Positions 1-20,393 of a DNA stretch of 64,000 nt are shown here, one piece after another. The first letter of the stretch is position 1. Each line of letters opens with the position of its first letter. A model generated the notes under the pieces. That model did no database searches and was not told the DNA's origin. It worked only from the letters and a program-made list of their open reading frames with translations. Position numbers and translations under genes: made by a program. Source of the DNA: the human T2T-CHM13v2.0 reference genome, Homo sapiens. Location of the stretch: the NCBI RefSeq assembly GCF_009914755.1, contig NC_060948.1. One strand, given 5' to 3'.

Positions 1-1025
<1,025 letters not shown>

Positions 1026-1594
1026 AGATCCATATTTTGTAAATGAAAAAAAATTTCAAAGGTACTCTGCTTGGTACAATAATCAAATGTATAAACTGAG
1101 GAATAAAACATAACCATGAAACCTACTTATAACTGCATATGGAAAATACAGAGGATAATTTTTTAAATAACATATTTTGAAAGCCTTAACTAGTAATTTG
1201 AAGAGTTGGCATTTGAAAGGCCAGTATGAATAAACCTTCAAAGCAGCAACACAGGTTCCCCATGAGAAAAAGCAAACACAGGGAAAATAAAAACACAAAG
1301 GTTCAATCTCTTCTGACCTTTGAAAGACACAGCACAGACAGTGGTCCTTAGGACGAAGAGCAGGAGACCCCTAATTCCGTCACCATGGCGATAGGGCATA
1401 AACATTGCTGGGTGAGGGCACAATCCACATTGTGAGGTCCAACTGCTGCCAGGAAGACAGGAGTGCTTTTACATAGACCGAAAGGTCATTGAAGGCTCAG
1501 AGTTTTGTTTCAAGAACTGAATCCCAAGCCCACACGTTATTAGGCTGCGCTTCTTAAAACAAGTTATGAGATGGGAAAAAGGGCACCCACAAAC
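1026..1594. repeat. HSATI-like non-Alu, higher-GC segment of the unit (exemplar; follows every Alu copy)
   Basis: A ~570 bp complex sequence between the Alu end and the AT domain, nearly invariant among copies. It is named from the known DYZ2 architecture, not from an alignment, and the boundaries are approximate. Confidence 0.75.
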
Positions 1595-3447
<1,853 letters not shown>

Positions 3448-5554
3448 AGATCCATATTTTGTAAATGAAAAAAAATTTCAAAGGTACTCTGCTTGGTACA
3501 ATAATCAAATGTATAAACTGAGGAATAAAACATAACCATGAAACCTACTTATAACTGCATATGGAAAATACAGAGGATAATTTTTTAAATAACATATTTT
3601 GAAAGCCTTAACTAGTAATTTGAAGAGTTGGCATTTGAAAGGCCAGTATGAATAAACCTTCAAAGCAGCAACACAGGTTCCCCATGAGAAAAAGCAAACA
3701 CAGGGAAAATAAAAACACAAAGGTTCAATCTCTTCTGACCTTTGAAAGACACAGCACAGACAGTGGTCCTTAGGACGAAGAGCAGGAGACCCCTAATTCC
3801 GTCACCATGGCGATAGGGCATAAACATTGCTGGGTGAGGGCACAATCCACATTGTGAGGTCCAACTGCTGCCAGGAAGACAGGAGTGCTTTTACATAGAC
3901 CGAAAGGTCATTGAAGGCTCAGAGTTTTGTTTCAAGAACTGAATCCCAAGCCCACACGTTATTAGGCTGCGCTTCTTAAAACAAGTTATGAGATGGGAAA
4001 AAGGGCACCCACAAACATACGTATACATTATGTATATAATAATATACTGTATCATATATATAATATATATAACCTATGTATAATATTGTTTTACATCCTG
4101 CATCTTATGTTATATATATTGTATAAAATATAATAATTGATAATATATAAGTTTTATAATTATACAATATGACATATAGTATATATTATAATTTATGACA
4201 TATATAATATATGTTATATATCATATATAGAATATATTATACGGTTAATATACGTATTAAATATAAATTATACCTTATATATATTATATATAATATATCT
4301 GTTATATATAATACCCATTATGCATAATATATATATTATGTCTATGTTATATATAGTATAAAACAACATATTATAATATATAATTGTATATATAAAATGC
4401 GACATATAATATATATTATATTTTATAACATATGTAATATATATTATATATTATATATAATACGTTGTATGTATAATACCTATATTAAATATATATTATA
4501 TGACTATGTTATTAATTACATGTCACATGTGTTATATATTATATATTTTACATAGAATATACCGGTTACATACAATATATACTATGTTACCTATAATGTA
4601 TAATTTATTACATGTAAAATAAAGAATGCAATATATTATGTATAATTTATAATATACAATATGTGGAATGTGACATATGTAACATATAATATATGATATA
4701 TGATATACAGTATATGATATATAACATACAATATATGATTCCTAATATATATGGTATACAATATATATTTTATGATATGTATTCTATATGTTTTATATTC
4801 TGTTATATATAACTATTTGAAATTATATATAACTGTATAATATTTTATGTAAATATGTAATATAATATATATAACTATATAATATATTATATATAACTAT
4901 ATATTATGTTATATATACTTTTATAACATAATTTACATAAAATATCATAATATAATATATATTATATTATTTCATATTACATAATATATATTACATATCA
5001 CCCAATATAACTAACATACATAATATTATAATATAGATTATATTATGTTATATTAAATATCATATATATCATGTATCATATATTCTATAATATATATTAC
5101 ACATTATATAATATGTATGTTGTCTATTATGTGATATATATAACTCAATATATAATTATATTTTTATACATATAACTAGATAAACATGTAATTCTACATA
5201 TTTTCATTTATAATATGTAGAATTATATAATCATATATAATTATTTATATTCTATAAAAAATTTTATCATTATATAAATTATAATATATAAAAATTATAA
5301 TATGTACTACAAATATATATATATTATATATCATATATGATATAGTACCTTTGTTATATATCATAATACATATAAATGTGTATTATGTTATCTATAATTA
5401 TATAATTTCATATATAAGATGTATAATATGTATCATATATTATATATGTTATGTAATATATATAGTATATATAAGATGACACAGGATAAATATTATATAC
5501 TATGACATATAAAATATATGAGGTTATATGTTACATATAAGGCATAGCACATAA

Positions 5555-5869
<315 letters not shown>

Positions 5870-7974
5870 AGATCCATATTTTGTAAATGAAAAAAAATTT
5901 CAAAGGTACTCTGCTTGGTACAATAATCAAATGTATAAACTGAGGAATAAAACATAACCATGAAACCTACTTATAACTGCATATGGAAAATACAGAGGAT
6001 AATTTTTTAAATAACATATTTTGAAAGCCTTAACTAGTAATTTGAAGAGTTGGCATTTGAAAGGCCAGTATGAATAAACCTTCAAAGCAGCAACACAGGT
6101 TCCCCATGAGAAAAAGCAAACACAGGGAAAATAAAAACACAAAGGTTCAATCTCTTCTGACCTTTGAAAGACACAGCACAGACAGTGGTCCTTAGGACGA
6201 AGAGCAGGAGACCCCTAATTCCGTCACCATGGCGATAGGGCATAAACATTGCTGGGTGAGGGCACAATCCACATTGTGAGGTCCAACTGCTGCCAGGAAG
6301 ACAGGAGGGCTTTTACATAGACCGAAAGGTCATTGAAGGCTCAGAGTTTTGTTTCAAGAACTGAATCCCAAGCCCACACGTTATTAGGCTGCGCTTCTTA
6401 AAACAAGTTATGAGATGGGAAAAAGGGCACCCACAAACATACGTATACATTATGTATATAATAATATACTGTATCATATATATAATATATATAACCTATG
6501 TATAATATTGTTTTACATCCTGCATCTTATGTTATATATATTGTATAAAATATAATAATTGATAATATATAAGTTTTATAATTATACAATATGACATATA
6601 GTATATATTATAATTTATGACATATATAATATATGTTATATATCATATATAGAATATATTATACGGTTAATATACGTATTAAATATAAATTATACCTTAT
6701 ATATATTATATATAATATATCTGTTATATATAATACCCATTATGCATAATATATATATTATGTCTATGTTATATATAGTATAAAACAACATATTATAATA
6801 TATAATTGTATATATAAAATGCGACATATAATATATATTATATTTTATAACATATGTAATATATATTATATATTATATATAATACGTTGTATGTATAATA
6901 CCTATATTAAATATATATTATATGACTATGTTATTAATTACATGTCACATGTGTTATATATTATATATTTTACATAGAATATACCGGTTACATACAATAT
7001 ATACTATGTTACCTATAATGTATAATTTATTACATGTAAAATAAAGAATGCAATATATTATGTATAATTTATAATATACAATATGTGGAATGTGACATAT
7101 GTAACATATAATATATGATATATGATATACAGTATATGATATATAACATACAATATATGATTCCTAATATATATGGTATACAATATATATTTTATGATAT
7201 GTATTCTATATGTTTTATATTCTGTTATATATAACTATTTGAAATTATATATAACTGTATAATATTTTATGTAAATATGTAATATAATATATATAACTAT
7301 ATAATATATTATATATAACTATATATTATGTTATATATACTTTTATAACATAATTTACATAAAATATCATAATATAATATATATTATATTATTTCATATT
7401 ACATAATATATATTACATATCACCCAATATAACTAACATACATAATATTATAATATAGATTATATTATGTTATATTAAATATCATATATATCATGTATCA
7501 TATATTCTATAATATATATTACACATTATATAATATGTATGTTGTCTATTACGTGATATATATAACTCAATATATAATTATATTTTTATACATATAACTA
7601 GATAAACATGTAATTCTACATATTTTCATTTATAATATGTAGAATTATATAATCATATATAATTATTTATATTCTATAAAAAATTTTATCATTATATAAA
7701 TTATAATATATAAAAATTATAATATGTACTACAAATATATATATTATATATCATATATGATATAGTACCTTTGTTATATATCATAATACATATAAATGTG
7801 TATTATGTTATCTATAATTATATAATTTCATATATAAGATGTATAATATGTATCATATATTATATATGTTATGTAATATATATAGTATATATAAGATGAC
7901 ACAGGATAAATATTATATACTATGACATATAAAATATATGAGGTTATATGTTACATATAAGGCATAGCACATAA

Positions 7975-8289
<315 letters not shown>

Positions 8290-10394
8290 AGATCCATATT
8301 TTTTAAATGAAAAAAAATTTCAAAGGTACTCTGCTTGGTACAATAATCAAATGTATAAACTGAGGAATAAAACATAACCATGAAACCTACTTATAACTGC
8401 ATATGGAAAATACAGAGGATAATTTTTTAAATAACATATTTTGAAAGCCTTAACTAGTAATTTGAAGAGTTGGCATTTGAAAGGCCAGTATGAATATACC
8501 TTCAAAGCAGCAACACAGGTTCCCCATGAGAAAAAGCAAACACAGGGAAAATAAAAACACAAAGGTTCAATCTCTTCTGACCTTTGAAAGACACAGCACA
8601 GACAGTGGTCCTTAGGACGAAGAGCAGGAGACCCCTAATTCCGTCACCATGGCGATAGGGCATAAACATTGCTGGGTGAGGGCACAATCCACATTGTGAG
8701 GTCCAACTGCTGCCAGGAAGACAGGAGTGCTTTTACATAGACCGAAAGGTCATTGAAGGCTCAGAGTTTTGTTTCAAGAACTGAATCCCAAGCCCACACG
8801 TTATTAGGCTGCGCTTCTTAAAACAAGTTATGAGATGGGAAAAAGGGCACCCACAAACATACGTATACATTATGTATATAATAATATACAGTATCATATA
8901 TATAATATATATAACCTATGTATAATATTGTTTTACATCCTGCATCTTATGTTATATATATTGTATAAAATATAATAATTGATAATATATAAGTTTTATA
9001 ATTATACAATATGACATATAGTATATATTATAATTTATGACATATATAATATATGTTATATGTCATATATAGAATATATTATACGGTTAATATACGTATT
9101 AAATATAAATTATACATTATATATATTATATATAATATATCTGTTATATATAATACCCATTATGCATAATATATATATTATGTCTATGTTATATATAGTA
9201 TAAAACAACATATAATAATATATAATTGTATATATAAAATGCGACATATAATATATATTATATTTTATAACATATGTAATATATATTATATATTATATAT
9301 AATACGTTGTATGTATAATACCTATATTAAATATATATTATATGATTATGTTATTAATTACATGTCACATGTGTTATATATTATATATTTTACATAGAAT
9401 ATACCGGTTACATACAATATATACTATGTTACCTATAATGTATAATTGATTACATGTAAAATAAAGAATGCAATATATTATGTAAAATTTATAATATACA
9501 ATATGTGGAATGTGATATATGTAACATATAATATATGATATATGATATACAGTATATGATATATAACATACAATATATGATTCCTAATATATATGGTATA
9601 CAATATATATTTTATGATATGTATTCTATATGTTTTATATTCTGTTATATATAACTATTTGAAATTATATATAACTGTATAATATTTTATGTAAATATGT
9701 AATATAATATATATAACTATATAATATATTATATATAACTATATATTATGTTATATATACTTTTATAACATAATTTACATAAAATATCATAATATAATAT
9801 ATATTATATTTTTTCATATTACATAATATATATTACATATCACCCAATATAACTAACATACATAATATTATAATATAGATTATATTATGTTATATTAAAT
9901 ATCATATATATCATGTATCATATATTCTATAATATATATTACACATTATATAATATGTATGTTGTCTATTATGTGATATATATAACTATATATATAATTA
10001 TATTTTTATACATATAACTAGATAAACATGTAATTCTACATATTTTCATTTATAATATGTAGAATTATATAATCATATATAATTCTTTATATTCTATAAA
10101 AAATTTTATCATTATATAAATTATAATATATAAAAATTATAATATGTACTACAAATATATATATTATATATCATATATGATATAGTACCTTTGTTATATA
10201 TCATAATACATATAAATGTGTATTATGTTATCTATAATTATATAATTTCATATATAAGTTGTATAATATGTATCATATATTATATATGTTATGTAATATA
10301 TATAGTATATATAAGATGACACAGGATAAATATTATATACTATGACATATAAAATATATGAGGTTATATGTTACATATAAGGCATAGCACATAA

Positions 10395-10709
<315 letters not shown>

Positions 10710-12814
10710 AGATCCATATTTTTTAAATGAAAAAAAATTTCAAAGGTGCTCTGCTTGGTACAATAATCAAATGTATAAACTGAGGAATAAAACATAACCA
10801 TGAAACCTACTTATAACTGCATATGGAAAATACAGAGGATAATTTTTTAAATAACATATTTTGAAAGCCTTAACTAGTAATTTGAAGAGTTGGCATTTGA
10901 AAGGCCAGTATGAATATACCTTCAAAGCAGCAACACAGGTTCCCCATGAGAAAAAGCAAACACAGGGAAAATAAAAACACAAAGGTTCAATCTCTTCTGA
11001 CCTTTGAAAGACACAGCACAGACAGTGGTCCTTAGGACGAAGAGCAGGAGACCCCTAATTCCGTCACCATGGCGATAGGGCATAAACATTGCTGGGTGAG
11101 GGCACAATCCACATTGTGAGGTCCAACTGCTGCCAGGAAGACAGGAGTGCTTTTACATAGACCGAAAGGTCATTGAAGGCTCAGAGTTTTGTTTCAAGAA
11201 CTGAATCCCAAGCCCACACGTTATTAGGCTGCGCTTCTTAAAACAAGTTATGAGATGGGAAAAAGGGCACCCACAAACATACGTATACATTATGTATATA
11301 ATAATATACAGTATCATATATATAATATATATAACCTATGTATAATATTGTTTTACATCCTGCATCTTATGTTATATATATTGTATAAAATATAATAATT
11401 GATAATATATAAGTTTTTTAATTATACAATATGACATATAGTATATATTATAATTGATGACATATATAATATATGTTATATATCATATATAGAGTATATT
11501 ATACGGTTAATATACGTAATAAATATAAATTATACCTTATATATATTATATATAATATATCTGTTATATATAATACCCATTATGCATAATATATATATTA
11601 TGTCTATGTTATATATAGTATAAAACAACATATAATAATATATAATTGTATATATAAAATGCGACATATAATATATATTATATTTTATAACATATGTAAT
11701 ATATATCATATATTATATATAATACGTTGTATGTATAATACCTATATTAAATATATATTATATGACTATGTTATTAATTACATGTCACATGTGTTATATA
11801 TTATATATTTTACATAGAATATACCGGTTACATACAATATATACTATGTTACCTATAATGTATAATTGATTACATGTAAAATAAAGAATGCAATATATTA
11901 TGTATAATTTATAATATACAATATGTGGAATGTGACATATGTAACATATAATATATGATATATGATATACAGTATATGATATATAACATACAATATATGA
12001 TTCCTAATATATATGGTATACAATATATATTTTATGATATGTATTCTATATGTTTTATATTCTGTTATATATAACTATTTGAAATTATATATAACTGTAT
12101 AATATTTTATGTAAATATGTAATATAATATATATAACTATATAATATATTATATATAACTATATATTATGTTATATATACTTTTATAACATAATTTACAT
12201 AAAATATCATAATATAATATATATTATATTATTTCATATTACATAATATATATTACATATCACCCAATATAACTAACATACATAATATTATAATATAGAT
12301 TATATTATGTTATATTAAATATCATATATATCATGTATCATATATTCTATAATATATATTACACATTATATAATATGTATGTTGTCTATTATGTGATATA
12401 TATAACTATATATATAATTATATTTTTATACATATAACTAGATAAACATGTAATTCTACATATTTTCATTTGTAATATGTAGAATTATATAATCATATAT
12501 AATTATTTATATTCTATAAAAAATTTTATCATTATATAAATTATAATATATAAAAATTATAATATGTACTACAAATATATATATTATATATCATATATGA
12601 TATAGTACCTTTGTTATATATCATAATACATATAAATGTGTATTATGTTATCTATAATTATATAATTTCATATATAAGATGTATAATATGTATCATATAT
12701 TATATATGTTATGTAATATATATAGTATATATAAGATGACACAGGATAAATATTATATACTATGACATATAAAATATATGAGGTTATATGTTACATATAA
12801 GGCATAGCACATAA

Positions 12815-13129
<315 letters not shown>

Positions 13130-15257
13130 AGATCCGTATTTTTTAAATGAAAAAAAATTTCAAAGGTACTCTGCTTGGTACAATAATCAAATGTATAAAC
13201 TGAGGAATAAAACATAACCATGAAACCTACTTATAACTGCATATGGAAAATACAGAGGATAATTTTTTAAATAACATATTTTGAAAGCCTTAACTAGTAA
13301 TTTGAAGAGTTGGCATTTGAAAGGCCAGTATGAATATACCTTCAAAGCAGCAACACAGGTTCCCCATGAGAAAAAGCAAACACAGGGAAAATAAAAACAC
13401 AAAGGTTCAATCTCTTCTGACCTTTGAAAGACACAGCACAGACAGTGGTCCTTAGGACGAAGAGCAGGAGACCCCTAATACCGTCACCATGGCGATAGGG
13501 CATAAACATTGCTGGGTGAGGGCACAATCCACATTGTGAGGTCCAACTGCTGCCAGGAAGACAGGAGTGCTTTTACATAGACCGAAAGGTCATTGAAGGC
13601 TCAGAGTTTTGTTTCAAGAACTGAATCCCAAGCCCACACGTTATTAGGCTGCGCTTCTTAAAACAAGTTATGAGATGGGAAAAAGGGCACCCACAAACAT
13701 ACGTATACATTATGTATATAATAATATACAGTATCATATATATAATATATATAACCTATGTATAATATTGTTTTACATCCTGCATCTTATGTTATATATA
13801 TTGTATAAAATATAATAATTGATAATATATAAGTTTTATATTTATACAATATGACATATAGTATATATTATAATTTATGACATATATAATATATGTTATA
13901 TGTCATATATAGAATATATTATACGGTTAATATACGTATTAAATATAAATTATACATTATATATATTATATATAATATATCTGTTATATATAATACCCAT
14001 TATGCATAATATATATATTGTGTCTATGTTATATATAGTATAAAACAACATATAATAATATATAATTGTATATATAAAATGCGACATATAATATATATTA
14101 TATTTTATAACATATGTAATATATATTATATATTATATATAATACGTTGTATGTATAATACCTATATTAAATATATATTATATGACTATGTTATTAATTA
14201 CATGTCCCATGTGTTATATATTATATATTTTACATAGAATATACCGGTTACATACAATATATACTATGTTACCTATAATGTATAATTGATTACATGTAAA
14301 ATAAAGAATGCAATATATTATGTAAAATTTATAATATACAATATGTGGAATGTGACATATGTAACATATAATATATGATATATGATATACAGTATATGAT
14401 ATATAACATACAATATATGATTCCTAATATATATGGTATACAATATATATTTTATGATATGTATTCTATATGTTTTATATTCTGTTATATATAACTATTT
14501 GAAATTATATATAACTGTATAATATTTTATGTAAATATGTAATATAATATATATAACTATATAATATATTATATATAACTATATATTATGTTATATATAC
14601 TTTTATAACATAATTTACATAAAATATCATAATATAATATATATTATATTATTTCATATTACATAATATATATTACATATCACCCAATATAACTAACATA
14701 CATAATATTATAATATAGATTATATTATGTTATATTAAATATCATATATATCATGTATCATATATTCTATAATATATATTACACATTATATAATATGTAT
14801 GTTGTCTATTATGTGATATATATAACTATATATATAATTATATTTTTATACATATAACTAGATAAACATGTAATTCTACATATTTTCATTTGTAATATGT
14901 AGAATTATATAATCATATATAATTATTTATATTCTATAAAAAATTTTATCATTATATAAATTATAATATATAAAAATTATAATATGTACTACATATATAT
15001 ATATTATATATCATATATGATATAGTACCTTTGTTATATATCATAATACATATACATGTGTATTATGTTATCTATAATTATATAATTTCATATATAAGAT
15101 GTATAATATGTATCATATATTATATATGTTATGTAATATATATAGTATATATAAGATGACACAGGATAAATATTATATACTATGACATATAAAATATATG
15201 AGGTTATATGTTACATATAAGGCATAGCACATAACATGTAATATATATCATATATAA

Positions 15258-15549
15258 TTTTTTTTTAGACAGAATCTTGTCCTGTTGCACAGGGTGGGGT
15301 ACAATGGCGCCATCTTTGCTCACTGCAACTTCTGCCTCACGGTTCCAAGCGATTGTCCTCCCTCAGCCTCCCAGGTAGCTGGGACTACACCACACTGGGA
15401 CTACACCAGCTGCCACCATGCCTTGCTAATTTTTTGGATTTTTAGTAGTGACAGCGTTTCACTGTATTGGCCAGGATGGTCTTGATCTCTTCACCTTGTG
15501 ATCCCCTTGCCTTGGCCTCCAAATTTGCTGGGATTACAGGCCTGAGCCA
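15258..15549 (-). mobile_element. Alu copy, unit 7
   Basis: Carries the ccttgctaa and ggttcc variants. Confidence 0.93.
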
Positions 15550-17656
15550 AGATCCGTATTTTTTAAATGAAAAAAAATTTCAAAGGTACTCTGCTTGGTA
15601 CAATAATCAAATGTATAAACTGAGGAATAAAACATAACCATGAAACCTACTTATAACTGCATATGGAAAATACAGAGGATAATTTTTTAAATAACATATT
15701 TTGAAAGCCTTAACTAGTAATTTGAAGAGTTGGCATTTGAAAGGCCAGTATGAATATACCTTCAAAGCAGCAACACAGGTTCCCCATGAGAAAAAGCAAA
15801 CACAGGGAAAATAAAAACACAAAGGTTCAATCTCTTCTGACCTTTGAAAGACACAGCACAGACAGTGGTCCTTAGGACGAAGAGCAGGAGACCCCTAATT
15901 CCGTCACCATGGCGATAGGGCATAAACATTGCTGGGTGAGGGCACAATCCACATTGTGAGGTCCAACTGCTGCCAGGAAGACAGGAGTGCTTTTACATAG
16001 ACCGAAAGGTCATTGAAGGCTCAGAGTTTTGTTTCAAGAACTGAATCCCAAGCCCACACGTTATTAGGCTGCGCTTCTTAAAACAAGTTATGAGATGGGA
16101 AAAAGGGCACCCACAAACATACGTATACATTATGTATATAATAATATACAGTATCATATATATAATATATATAACCTATGTATAATATTGTTTTACATCC
16201 TGCATCTTATGTTATATATATTGTATAAAATATAATAATTGATAATATATAAGTTTTATAATTATACAATATGACATATAGTATATATTATAATTTATGA
16301 CATATATAATATATGTTATATGTCATATATAGAATATATTATACGGTTAATATACGTATTAAATATAAATTATACATTATATATATTATATATAATATAT
16401 CTGTTATATATAATACCCATTATGCATAATATATATATTATGTCTATGTTATATATAGTATAAAACAATATATAATAATATATAATTGTATATATAAAAT
16501 GCGACATATAATATATATTATATTTTATAACATATGTAATATATATCATATATTATATATAATACGTTTTATGTATAATACCTATATTAAATATATATTA
16601 TATGACTATGTTATTAATTACATGTCACATGTGTTATATATTATATATTTTACATAGAATATACCGGTTACATACAATATATACTATGTTACCTATAATG
16701 TATAATTTATTACATGTAAAATAAAGAATGCAATATATTATGTATAATTTATAATATACAATATGTGGAATGTGACATATGTAACATATAATATATGATA
16801 TATGATATACAGTATATGATATATAACATACAATATATGATTCCTAATATATATGGTATACAATATATATTTTATGATATGTATTCTATATGTTTTATAT
16901 TCTGTTATATATAACTATTTGAAATTATATATAACTGTATAATATTTTATGTAAATATGTAATATAATATATATAACTATATAATATATTATATATAACT
17001 ATATATTATGTTATATATACTTTTATAACATAATTTACATAAAATATCATAATATAATATATATTATATTATTTCATATTACATAATATATATTACATAT
17101 CACCCAATATAACTAACATACATAATATTATAATATAGATTATATTATGTTATATTAAATATCATATATATCATGTATCATATATTCTATAATATATATT
17201 ACACATTATATAATATGTATGTTGTCTATTATGTGATATATATAACTCAATATATAATTATATTTTTATACATATAACTAGATAAACATGTAATTCTACA
17301 TATTTTCATTTGTAATATGTAGAATTATATAATCATATATAATTATTTATATTCTATAAAAAATTTTATCATTATATAAATTATAATATATAAAAATTAT
17401 AATATGTACTACAAATATATATATATTATATATCATATATGATATAGTACCTTTGTTATATATCATAATACATATAAATGTGTATTATGTTATCTATAAT
17501 TATATAATTTCATATATAAGATGTATAATATGTATCATATATTATATATGTTATGTAATATATATAGTATATATAAGATGACACAGGATAAATATTATAT
17601 ACTATGACATATAAAATATATGAGGTTATATGTTACATATAAGGCATAGCACATAA

Positions 17657-17971
<315 letters not shown>

Positions 17972-20101
17972 AGATCCGTATTTTTTAAATGAAAAAAAAT
18001 TTCAAAGGTGCTCTGCTTGGTACAATAATCAAATGTATAAACTGAGGAATAAAACATAACCATGAAACCTACTTATAACTGCATATGGAAAATACAGAGG
18101 ATAATTTTTTAAATAACATATTTTGAAAGCCTTAACTAGTAATTTGAAGAGTTGGCATTTGAAAGGCCAGTATGAATATACCTTCAAAGCAGCAACACAG
18201 GTTCCCCATGAGAAAAAGCAAACACAGGGAAAATAAAAACACAAAGGTTCAATCTCTTCTGACCTTTGAAAGACACAGCACAGACAGTGGTCCTTAGGAC
18301 GAAGAGCAGGAGACCCCTAATTCCGTCACCATGGCGATAGGGCATAAACATTGCTGGGTGAGGGCACAATCCACATTGTGAGGTCCAACTGCTGCCAGGA
18401 AGACAGGAGTGCTTTTACATAGACCGAAAGGTCATTGAAGGCTCAGAGTTTTGTTTCAAGAACTGAATCCCAAGCCCACACGTTATTAGGCTGCGCTTCT
18501 TAAAACAAGTTATGAGATGGGAAAAAGGGCACCCACAAACATACGTATACATTATGTATATAATAATATACAGTATCATATATATAATATATATAACCTA
18601 TGTATAATATTGTTTTACATCCTGCATCTTATGTTATATATATTGTATAAAATATAATAATTGATAATATATAAGTTTTATAATTATACAATATGACATA
18701 TAGTATATATTATAATTTATGACATATATAATATATGTTATATGTCATATATAGAATATATTATACGGTTAATATACGTATTAAATATAAATTATACATT
18801 ATATATATTATATATAATATATCTGTTATATATAATACCCATTATGCATAATATATATATTATGTCTATGTTATATATAGTATAAAACAACATATAATAA
18901 TATATAATTGTATATATAAAATGCGACATATAATATATATTATATTTTATAACATATGTAATATATATTATATATTATATATAATACGTTGTATGTATAA
19001 TACCTATATTAAATATATATTATATGACTATGTTATTAATTACATGTCCCATGTGTTATATATTATATATTTTACATAGAATATACCGGTTACATACAAT
19101 ATATACTATGTTACCTATAATGTATAATTGATTACATGTAAAATAAAGAATGCAATATATTATGTAAAATTTATAATATACAATATGTGGAATGTGACAT
19201 ATGTAACATATAATATATGATATATGATATACAGTATATGATATATAACATACAATATATGATTCCTAATATATATGGTATACAATATATATTTTATGAT
19301 ATGTATTCTATATGTTTTATATTCTGTTATATATAACTATTTGAAATTATATATAACTGTATAATATTTTATGTAAATATGTAATATAATATATATAACT
19401 ATATAATATATTATATATAACTATATATTATGTTATATATACTTTTATAACATAATTTACATAAAATATCATAATATAATATATATTATATTATTTCATA
19501 TTACATAATATATATTACATATCACCCAATATAACTAACATACATAATATTATAATATAGATTATATTATGTTATATTAAATATCATATATATCATGTAT
19601 CATATATTCTATAATATATATTACACATTATATAATATGTATGTTGTCTATTATGTGATATATATAACTATATATATAATTATATTTTTATACATATAAC
19701 TAGATAAACATGTAATTCTACATATTTTCATTTGTAATATGTAGAATTATATAATCATATATAATTATTTATATTCTATAAAAAATTTTATCATTATATA
19801 AATTATAATATATAAAAATTATAATATGTACTACAAATATATATATATTATATATCATATATGATATAGTACCTTTGTTATATATCATAATACATATAAA
19901 TGTGTATTATGTTATCTATAATTATATAATTTCATATATAAGATGTATAATATGTATCATATATTATATATGTTATGTAATATATATAGTATATATAAGA
20001 TGACACAGGATAAATATTATATACTATGACATATAAAATATATGAGGTTATATGTTACATATAAGGCATAGCACATAACATGTAATATATATCATATATA
20101 A

Positions 20102-20393
20102 TTTTTTTTTAGACAGAATCTTGTCCTGTTGCACAGGGTGGGGTACAATGGCGCCATCTTTGCTCACTGCAACTTCTGCCTCACGGTTCCAAGCGATTGT
20201 CCTCCCTCAGCCTCCCAGGTAGCTGGGACTACACCACACTGGGACTACACCAGCTGCCACCATGCCTTGCTAATTTTTTGGATTTTTAGTAGTGACAGCG
20301 TTTCACTGTATTGGCCAGGATGGTCTTGATCTCTTCACCTTGTGATCCCCTTGCCTTGGCCTCCAAATTTGCTGGGATTACAGGCCTGAGCCA
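20102..20393 (-). mobile_element. Alu copy, unit 9
   Basis: Carries the ccttgctaa and ggttcc variants. Confidence 0.93.

Noticed and set aside
1083-1423. Recurrent overlapping 71-aa and 61-aa minus-strand ORFs in nearly every unit
   Set aside because: They are short, overlap in different frames and resemble no protein family I recognise. Their apparent conservation is just the near-identity of the repeat units. They drop out in some units (71-aa in units 22 and 25, 61-aa in unit 16), and the 71-aa ORF does not start at ATG.
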